32,000 nucleotides of DNA, taken from NCBI RefSeq assembly GCF_000092105.1, contig NC_014148.1, positions 1,380,001 to 1,412,000 on the forward strand. The letters are read 5' to 3'. This stretch comes from Planctopirus limnophila DSM 3776 (GTDB lineage Bacteria > Planctomycetota > Planctomycetia > Planctomycetales > Planctomycetaceae). Shown in pieces: positions 25,982 to 32,000 of this stretch. The notes beneath the pieces were generated by a model. That model saw nothing but the letters and a program-made list of their open reading frames with translations, made no database searches and was not told the origin of the DNA. Position 1 is the first letter of the stretch; each line of letters opens with the position of its first letter. The translations under genes and the position numbers were made by a program.

Positions 25982-27220
25982 TTAACCGATTTCGGCAGCG
26001 ACTTGCATGGCCAGCTTGAGATTGCGTTCGGCATAGACTTGAGTCACGTCCGCTGTTGCATGACCTAACGCGACCTGAGCGGCTTCCAGCCCATACCGGC
26101 GACGGACCTCTGTGCCGTGTGTATGCCGAATCTGGTAGGGAAACCAGTGTTGGACGGCATGACCAGCCTTCTGGGCCTTGCGAATTCCATAGGTGATGCA
26201 GCGGCGATACGCATCGACGTCGTAGCAGGGTTGCAGTTGCCTCACCTTGGGAGCCGCTTGACGCTTGGCTTTGCGCTGGATCCGAGCCTTCAGTTCACAG
26301 GGAAAGATTTTTGTTTTGCGATCAGGATTGCGGTGGACAGCACGCTGCTCGTTCCGCCACGCCTCGGCTTCTGCGGGAGTGAAGCAGAAGTCTTTAGGAT
26401 CGCGATTCAGGAAGGGAGCCAGAACGGCCTGCGCCTGAGGCCCTAACGGGACATGCTTCTCAAAGCCGAGATGTTCGGTTTTGTGATGTTCGGGGGTGTA
26501 AAGCCAAATGGCCCCCGATCGATCGATGTCACAGGGACGCATATGGAGCACTTCGGAAGGTCGCATGCCGGTCAGCAGTTGGAGCTGGCAGATGGCGGCC
26601 ACAGGAGGTGGGAGGAAGGGGAGTGTCAGATGGATTTGTGAGATATCGACAGGACGCACTGGTCGCGACTCGTGGGCCTCAGATCGTCCACGTCTCAGGC
26701 CTGACACGGCACTAAGACCATGCAGAATGGTCGGAGAGACGAGTTCTTCCGAGACGGCCCACTTGAAGACGCGTTTGATGCGACCCATCCGGCGATTGAT
26801 TTCCGTGCGGCTGAGTTTGTGGACATCAATCATGTGCTGCCGAACAGCTTTGAACGACTTGGGGCCAAAATCCTGAGTGAGAGTGCTTCCATAAAGTGCA
26901 TGAAGTGGTCGAAGAGCATGGTTCATGCTTTGTGGTTCACGGGACCTCGGACCGTAGTAAGTCGTGGCAAATTCGAGATAGGCCAGAATCATCTCACTGA
27001 TGGTGAGATCCTGAGTGGGAGTTGATTGACCTGAGTTGGCCTGGGCCACTTGCAACTGATGCTGTTGTGACGCCAGTTCGGCGAGGAGGCGGGAGTACCG
27101 CTGAAGTGTCTCAGGGTCACCGTAAGGCCCCAGATAAAGATCCTTACCTTGGATCCGGACACGGGCACAACCTGAAGGTTTGTGGAGCGAGAGTTTTGGA
27201 ATTCTGGGCGTCTTGGGCAT
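25982..27220 (-). CDS. Tyrosine-type site-specific integrase
   Basis: ATG at 27220 has GAGGA 7 nt upstream. The catalytic-domain landmarks are LLTGMRPSEVLHMR (Arg I), HKTEH, PYQIRHTHGT (H-x-x-R) and LGHATADVTQVYAE (catalytic Tyr). It sits directly next to the 3' end of tRNA-Arg. Confidence 0.85.
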   Translation of the reverse strand: MPKTPRIPKLSLHKPSGCARVRIQGKDLYLGPYGDPETLQRYSRLLAELASQQHQLQVAQANSGQSTPTQDLTISEMILAYLEFATTYYGPRSREPQSMNHALRPLHALYGSTLTQDFGPKSFKAVRQHMIDVHKLSRTEINRRMGRIKRVFKWAVSEELVSPTILHGLSAVSGLRRGRSEAHESRPVRPVDISQIHLTLPFLPPPVAAICQLQLLTGMRPSEVLHMRPCDIDRSGAIWLYTPEHHKTEHLGFEKHVPLGPQAQAVLAPFLNRDPKDFCFTPAEAEAWRNEQRAVHRNPDRKTKIFPCELKARIQRKAKRQAAPKVRQLQPCYDVDAYRRCITYGIRKAQKAGHAVQHWFPYQIRHTHGTEVRRRYGLEAAQVALGHATADVTQVYAERNLKLAMQVAAEIG

Positions 27221-27243
27221 AGTGCGATCCTCGAACATTTTCG

Positions 27244-27267
27244 AAAAGTGGTAGTACTACCACTTTT
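27244..27267. repeat. Perfect 24-bp palindrome AAAAGTGGTAGTACTACCACTTTT between int and tRNA-Arg
   Basis: Read directly. It is flanked by direct TCGAACA words at 27231-27237 and 27268-27274, and lies 24 nt upstream of the int start codon. Confidence 0.9.
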
Positions 27268-27342
27268 TCGAACAGTTTCGAGCCGCACTGCCCAACGCAG
27301 GCAGGTATGCTAACTACAGCATTCGGCTGGACTTATGAAAAA

Positions 27343-27416
27343 TGTCCCCGAGTGGGTTCGAACCACTAACCTTCGGCTTCGGAGGCCGACGCTCTATCCA
27401 GTTGAGCTACGGAGAC
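27343..27416 (-). tRNA. tRNA-Arg (anticodon CCG), 74 nt, CCA not encoded
   Basis: Hand-folded cloverleaf of the minus strand: GTCTCCG-TA-GCTC-AACTGGATA-GAGC-G-TCGGC-CTCCGAA-GCCGA-AGGTT-AGTGG-TTCGAAC-CCACT-CGGGGAC-A. All stems pair, with one G-U in the acceptor. Confidence 0.9.
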
Positions 27417-27508
27417 AACAGGCCTGACCATATGCTGATCAGGTCTTTGAAGTATCCCAAGAAATGGGAAAGAGTCAAACCAATGCCCTCTTGATGAACC
27501 TTCCAAAC

Positions 27509-29773
27509 TTACGAAACCCGCTCGATCAGAGCCTGATAAGCACCATCGGCTGGGCTCCCGGGCATAAACTTCTGCTCTTCAACCAGTCGGAATTGTGGCC
27601 CACCCGCCTCGCTCGTCGCCGCCAGAAACTGCTGGACAATCTCTTCATTCTCCAAAGGCTCAATACTGCACGTCGAATACAAAATTCGGCCGCCAATGCG
27701 GACTTTACCGGCAGCCGTGCGCAGGATTGTCGCTTGCATCTCGCGCAGTTCATCGAGATGAGCGGGTGAATACTTCCATCGCGCCTCAGGACGCTTTCCC
27801 AGCACGCCGGTATTCGAACAAGGGACATCCGCCAGAACTTTATCGAACTCCATCGAAGGCAGGTTCTCGCCGCGTGGCCCAATGGTGATCGTCCGAATGA
27901 TCGACAGCCCCAGCCGCTCGGCATTCTCATACACCTGACGAATGCGGCCACCATGAGTATCCGCAGCGATGATCTCGCCCTGGTTCTGCATCAGTTCCGC
28001 CATGTGACAGGTTTTCGAACCCGGAGCCGCACACAGGTCGAGCACAACTTCACCCGGCTGTGGATTCAATCGCCTGGCCGCATGTTGAGCCGAGAGATCC
28101 TGCACCGAGAATTCCCCTTCCGGAAAACCAGGTAACGTGCTGATCCGCACAGTCGAAAGGAGTCGAATCGTTTCCGGCAAATCACCAGCTTCCGCTACGA
28201 AATCGGCTGCAAAGAGCTTCTGCCGGAACGTCTCGCGATCGGTCTTCAGCAGGTTCACCCGCAGGGCTGTCTCGGTGACTTGATTGAACCAGAAGGCCAT
28301 GCGAATCGTCGCTTCGACCCCATATTGTCCAACCCATCGCTCAACAAGATCGTGAGGAAAACTGAAGGCAGCGGCAATATAAGACCCAGGTGTCAATGTC
28401 GGCGAAGGGAAGAGATCGGTCGTCAGTTCTCGATACTGATGATGACCGATCGGCAACGCTTTCGATGAAGGTGCTGTGAGAATGTTCTCCGTCATGAGCT
28501 GAATCGCACTGCGGAGAACACCGTTCACAAAGCCACCCCAGCGCAGGTTCGCACGCTTGGCCAGCTCAACCGTCTCGTGAACAGCCGCATGTTGCGGAAT
28601 ACCCTGGCACAGAAAGATCTGATACAGACCAATCTTGATGATCGTCTGCAGCGGTCTTTCGAGCGTTTCCATCTGTCGATGAACCAGTGACATCAGCAGC
28701 GCCTGCAATGTCGACTGGCGGCGTACGATCCCGCAAATCAGTTCATAAGCCAGCCGGCGATCACTGGGAGAGAGTGTCGTTCGATCCACAGCCTGATCGA
28801 AGACTTCGCCGATATGCTTGTTGCCGGCATGGTGAGCTTCGAGCACATTAAAGGCCAGTTCGCGGGCAGTGCGCGGGGCCAGCAATTGCATGGGAGGCAG
28901 CACTGAAATATCTGGGGCATGCAACCGCCGCCCGGCATCCGGGGCATGCTGACTCTGTGGTGGACGACCAGCCGGCGCAGGGCGTTCGCGACGCGGGGCA
29001 GTTCCCGCGTGATAACGCGTCGGCTGCTCGCCATTCGGGGCGGCTGGCCTTCTCGGTGGCTTTGAGCCAGCGGGCCGGGCTTCACTCCAACTGGTGACAC
29101 CACGCGGCGTGCGTGTCTCGCCAGCACCAGCACCTGCACCCGCACCAGCATTCGGAAACGTGCGCGGCTGGGAGTTCTGGTTTGGCGGACGTTGAAAGCG
29201 AGGCCTCTGCTCATGCGGTGGCCGTGTTGTCTCCGAGGGATTCGCTCCAGCACTCGCAGAAACATCGGTTTTTGGTGCTGAGCCCTCAGTTCCGGGAGCG
29301 ACCCACAAAAAGGGGTTCGGCCCGACGCGCCCAATTCGGGGTCCGCCTGGAGGCTGCTGACTGCGATCAGAGGCATACGGCCTGCGCTCTTGTCGATTAC
29401 CAGATCGGTTCTCTTCCTGACGGCTGAAACCGGGCCGACTGAAACCAGGGCGACTGAAACGTGGTCGGCCATCACCTCCCTGTGTGGGCCGGCCAGATCT
29501 TCCCGGCGGAAACGACCGCGTTTCACTTTCACTGTAAGGCTGATTCGAACGAGGGGCTTGTCCTGCTCCTCCGGCACCTGCCGGATCAACAGGCCGCGGT
29601 GGATTGGGCGAACTCTTTTGACGCGAGATCGATTTTTTACGGCCCGGACGACGAATCTCCCCACGACGCTGCCGGAATGTATTCACCGGAGTTTCTGGCG
29701 TCCCTGAGTTCTCTGGTGGTGGCGAGGAAGCTTCCGCGCGGGGAGGAAGTTCCGGTGAGTTTTCATCGTTCAT
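27509..29773 (-). CDS. rsmB: 16S rRNA (cytosine-C5)-methyltransferase RsmB/Sun with about 300 aa disordered Arg/Pro/Gly-rich N-terminal extension
   Basis: The C-terminal 450 aa show a NusB-like region ([19 protein letters not shown]...) and the SAM-MTase motifs [33 protein letters not shown] and [17 protein letters not shown]. The start overlaps the aroA stop (ATGA). Confidence 0.85.
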   Translation of the reverse strand: MNDENSPELPPRAEASSPPPENSGTPETPVNTFRQRRGEIRRPGRKKSISRQKSSPNPPRPVDPAGAGGAGQAPRSNQPYSESETRSFPPGRSGRPTQGGDGRPRFSRPGFSRPGFSRQEENRSGNRQERRPYASDRSQQPPGGPRIGRVGPNPFLWVAPGTEGSAPKTDVSASAGANPSETTRPPHEQRPRFQRPPNQNSQPRTFPNAGAGAGAGAGETRTPRGVTSWSEARPAGSKPPRRPAAPNGEQPTRYHAGTAPRRERPAPAGRPPQSQHAPDAGRRLHAPDISVLPPMQLLAPRTARELAFNVLEAHHAGNKHIGEVFDQAVDRTTLSPSDRRLAYELICGIVRRQSTLQALLMSLVHRQMETLERPLQTIIKIGLYQIFLCQGIPQHAAVHETVELAKRANLRWGGFVNGVLRSAIQLMTENILTAPSSKALPIGHHQYRELTTDLFPSPTLTPGSYIAAAFSFPHDLVERWVGQYGVEATIRMAFWFNQVTETALRVNLLKTDRETFRQKLFAADFVAEAGDLPETIRLLSTVRISTLPGFPEGEFSVQDLSAQHAARRLNPQPGEVVLDLCAAPGSKTCHMAELMQNQGEIIAADTHGGRIRQVYENAERLGLSIIRTITIGPRGENLPSMEFDKVLADVPCSNTGVLGKRPEARWKYSPAHLDELREMQATILRTAAGKVRIGGRILYSTCSIEPLENEEIVQQFLAATSEAGGPQFRLVEEQKFMPGSPADGAYQALIERVS

Positions 29774-31095
29774 AGTGAGCTACTTTCTTCGCAGAGGCGG
29801 GCGAGATCCGCAAAGAAGTCGGGATACGTCTTTGAGGTGCAACCAGGATTGTCGATCACTATCCCGGAGTGAACGAGCCCCAACAGGGCAAAACTCATGG
29901 CCATGCGATGATCATCGTAAGTATCGACCAGTGCCGGTTTTGACTCAGAGCAGCGAGGTGTCCCCGGATGAATGGTCATGCCATCTTCAAATTCGACAGC
30001 GTGAATCCCCAGCTTGCTGAGTTCAGTGACCACGGCCTGAATGCGATCCGTTTCTTTATGACGGACGTGAGCAATATTGCGAATCGTCGTGGGGCTTTGA
30101 GCGAACGTGGCGACCACAGCCAATGTCTGAGCCGTGTCGCTGATGGCATTCATATCGATCTCAATCCCTTTGAGAGGATGGCCTTTGACGGTGATCTGCC
30201 GCTCGCCCCAGTGAACTTCGCAACCCATCTGCTCGAGGGCTTTGACGAACATCACGTCGCCCTGTAACGCGTTGGCGTTGAGACCATCCACTGTCACCTC
30301 GCCACCTGTGATCGCCGCCACGGCAAAGAAATAGCTGGCGGCTGAAGCATCCGGTTCAATGTCGTACCGAATCCCCTGGTACGTCGCTGGCTTGACGATG
30401 TATGTGCCGGGCTGCGGGCATTCCACAGTCACCCCAAAAGCCGCCATCACACCGGAGGTCATTTCCACGTACGGCTCAGAAACCATTGTTCCGATTGTTT
30501 CAATCTGCAGTGTTTGCTGATTGTAGGGGCTGGCCAACAGGAGCGCACTCAAAAACTGGCTCGACTTCTCGGCTCGAATCGCGACCTTCGAAGCGGATAA
30601 CCCGGTCGATTCAATCACCACCGGCGGGCAGCCCGAATTAAGTTCGCACCGCGCCTGGCAGCCCATGGCCCCCAGGGCAGAAATCAGATCATCAATCGGT
30701 CGCTCACGCATGCGGCCGTTACCATCCAGCCGGTAATTCCCCGGTTGACCATCTCCTGGCCCCAGTGCACACATCGCTGCCAGAAAACGAATGCTCGTTC
30801 CACTGTTTTCGAGCCACAGGTCGGCCCGCGCATTGGGAATTTGCCCACCGCAACCCTGCACCACCACACGATGTTCGTCTGTGTACTCTTCGATTGAGAT
30901 CCCCAGTCGACGGAGGCTGTCAATCATCACTTCTGTATCACGGCTGTGCAGCACACCGGTCAGCTCACTCGTTCCTGCAGCGAGTGCCGCCGTCACCAAA
31001 GCTCGGTTGGTTAAGCTTTTTGATCCCGGGGGACGCATCACGCCAGAAATCGCTCGTCCAACAGGTTGCATGGCGTAAGTAGAATTGGCAGACAC
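29770..31095 (-). CDS. aroA: 3-phosphoshikimate 1-carboxyvinyltransferase (EPSP synthase)
   Basis: 441 aa with [45 protein letters not shown] and [13 protein letters not shown]. These are the canonical EPSP synthase motifs. Confidence 0.9.
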   Translation of the reverse strand: MSANSTYAMQPVGRAISGVMRPPGSKSLTNRALVTAALAAGTSELTGVLHSRDTEVMIDSLRRLGISIEEYTDEHRVVVQGCGGQIPNARADLWLENSGTSIRFLAAMCALGPGDGQPGNYRLDGNGRMRERPIDDLISALGAMGCQARCELNSGCPPVVIESTGLSASKVAIRAEKSSQFLSALLLASPYNQQTLQIETIGTMVSEPYVEMTSGVMAAFGVTVECPQPGTYIVKPATYQGIRYDIEPDASAASYFFAVAAITGGEVTVDGLNANALQGDVMFVKALEQMGCEVHWGERQITVKGHPLKGIEIDMNAISDTAQTLAVVATFAQSPTTIRNIAHVRHKETDRIQAVVTELSKLGIHAVEFEDGMTIHPGTPRCSESKPALVDTYDDHRMAMSFALLGLVHSGIVIDNPGCTSKTYPDFFADLARLCEESSSL

Positions 31096-31530
31096 TCCCG
31101 AACATCCTCAATGTTGCTTCGACGTGAAAACTCAGATGCAAAGGCAATTCTGGCGGAAAAGCGAAACCATGATCTTAATCAAGAGCCGCAGTCTTTACCA
31201 TCACACGCGGCAATTCCCGCCCATCGAAGAGCGGAAGTGGCGAGCGGAACCGTTTGAACAGCAGCACAAAATTCGATGCCATAATTGGCTGCCACGGTTT
31301 GTGAAGTCATTCACGTGTTGAGAACCAGATGCCTCGCTCATGACCAATCGTGTGCTTTCCACGAAAACGTACCGGCATTTGAGGTTATCGTGTGCAGTTT
31401 TATCCGGTTCATCACGTAATACCTTTCAAAGCCATCTCTAGCCTGTCACAGGCACTTCACTGGGGAAATCTCGTTCAGCTCACGTGATGGGGCCAGTTCA
31501 AATGGAAGCAAATCCTGAGGTTGATGAACC

Positions 31531-32000
31531 ATGGCAGAACTTAGTGGCAAGCGGATTGTGATTGCAGGAGGAAGCGGCTTTATCGGTCTGTCGCTGGCAG
31601 AGCACTTCGTAGAGGCTGGAGGTCAGGTCACAATACTTTCCCGTTCCCAGCTGAAGAAAAGTGGTCGCTGGGAAACGGTCACGTGGGACGGTCGGACTCC
31701 AGGAAACTGGATGGAGTCACTGGACGGTGCAGATGCCGTTGTGAATCTGGCGGGCCGAACCGTGAACTGTATCAAGACTCCGGATCATCAGGATGAAATT
31801 CTTCGATCCAGAGTCGAATCGACGCGGGTACTCGGTGAAGCCATGCGTCTCGTCAACTCTCCGCCTCCTGTCTGGGTGCAGATGAGTACGGCACACATCT
31901 ATGGCGATCCGCCCACTGCCGTTTGTAGCGAGGAGAGTATCGAAGGCATCGGCTTTGCACCCATGATCGGTCGCGCCTGGGAGTCTGAATTCGCGCGAAG
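31531..32000 (+). CDS. NAD-dependent epimerase/dehydratase-like protein (YfcH/TIGR01777-like), 3' end outside the window
   Basis: The ATG at 31531 opens a frame that runs to the window edge. [26 protein letters not shown] contains a Rossmann GxxGxxG motif, and [31 protein letters not shown] follows. It is absent from the ORF track because it has no stop. Confidence 0.7.
   Translation, partial: MAELSGKRIVIAGGSGFIGLSLAEHFVEAGGQVTILSRSQLKKSGRWETVTWDGRTPGNWMESLDGADAVVNLAGRTVNCIKTPDHQDEILRSRVESTRVLGEAMRLVNSPPPVWVQMSTAHIYGDPPTAVCSEESIEGIGFAPMIGRAWESEFAR

Larger units (their letters stand above)
10300..27342. mobile_element. Composite, decayed genomic (defence) island inserted at the 3' end of tRNA-Arg(CCG); left boundary approximate
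   Basis: int abuts the tRNA 3' end. The island also holds serine recombinase and IS5 remnants, a tRNA-Asn half, an excisionase-like HTH, orphan genes, long non-coding stretches and a more AT-rich look than both flanks (by eye). No att direct repeat could be located by eye. Confidence 0.5.

Noticed and set aside
28738-29664. 308-aa minus-strand ORF in an alternative frame of the rsmB 5' region
   Set aside because: It is an artefact of low-complexity GC-rich repeats. The rsmB frame is continuous with the conserved methyltransferase domain and is coupled to aroA.

Overview
The sequence looks like a planctomycete-type chromosome; this is inferred from protein style only, with no search run. It has three parts.

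(1) 1-10.0 kb: a DUF2167-like gene, two membrane proteins that end in zinc ribbons (one carries a J-domain), and a minus-strand cluster. The cluster encodes an AAA+ ATPase, DUF2997-like and DUF1257-like small proteins, a coiled-coil protein and a divergent beta-sliding-clamp-like protein.

(2) About 10.3-27.3 kb: an accessory island that looks more AT-rich by eye. Its right end is tRNA-Arg(CCG) plus a tyrosine integrase. It carries wrecked mobile-element genes (a 5'-truncated large serine recombinase, an IS5-type transposase remnant with in-frame stops, and a tRNA-Asn 3' half), about 2.7 kb of ORF-poor, palindrome-rich DNA, and orphan genes.

The headline feature of the island is a tightly coupled three-gene operon at 17355-22518. 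It encodes a giant TPR/GHKL kinase-like sensor, a stand-alone receiver, and a receiver fused to a PNP/MTAN-like nucleosidase. This matches the Detocs defensive two-component architecture, in which a phosphorelay triggers ATP degradation.

(3) 27.5-32 kb: housekeeping genes rsmB, aroA and a partial YfcH-like epimerase.

No CRISPR array and no rRNA were seen. All domain calls come from reading motifs by eye and need HMM or structure confirmation.
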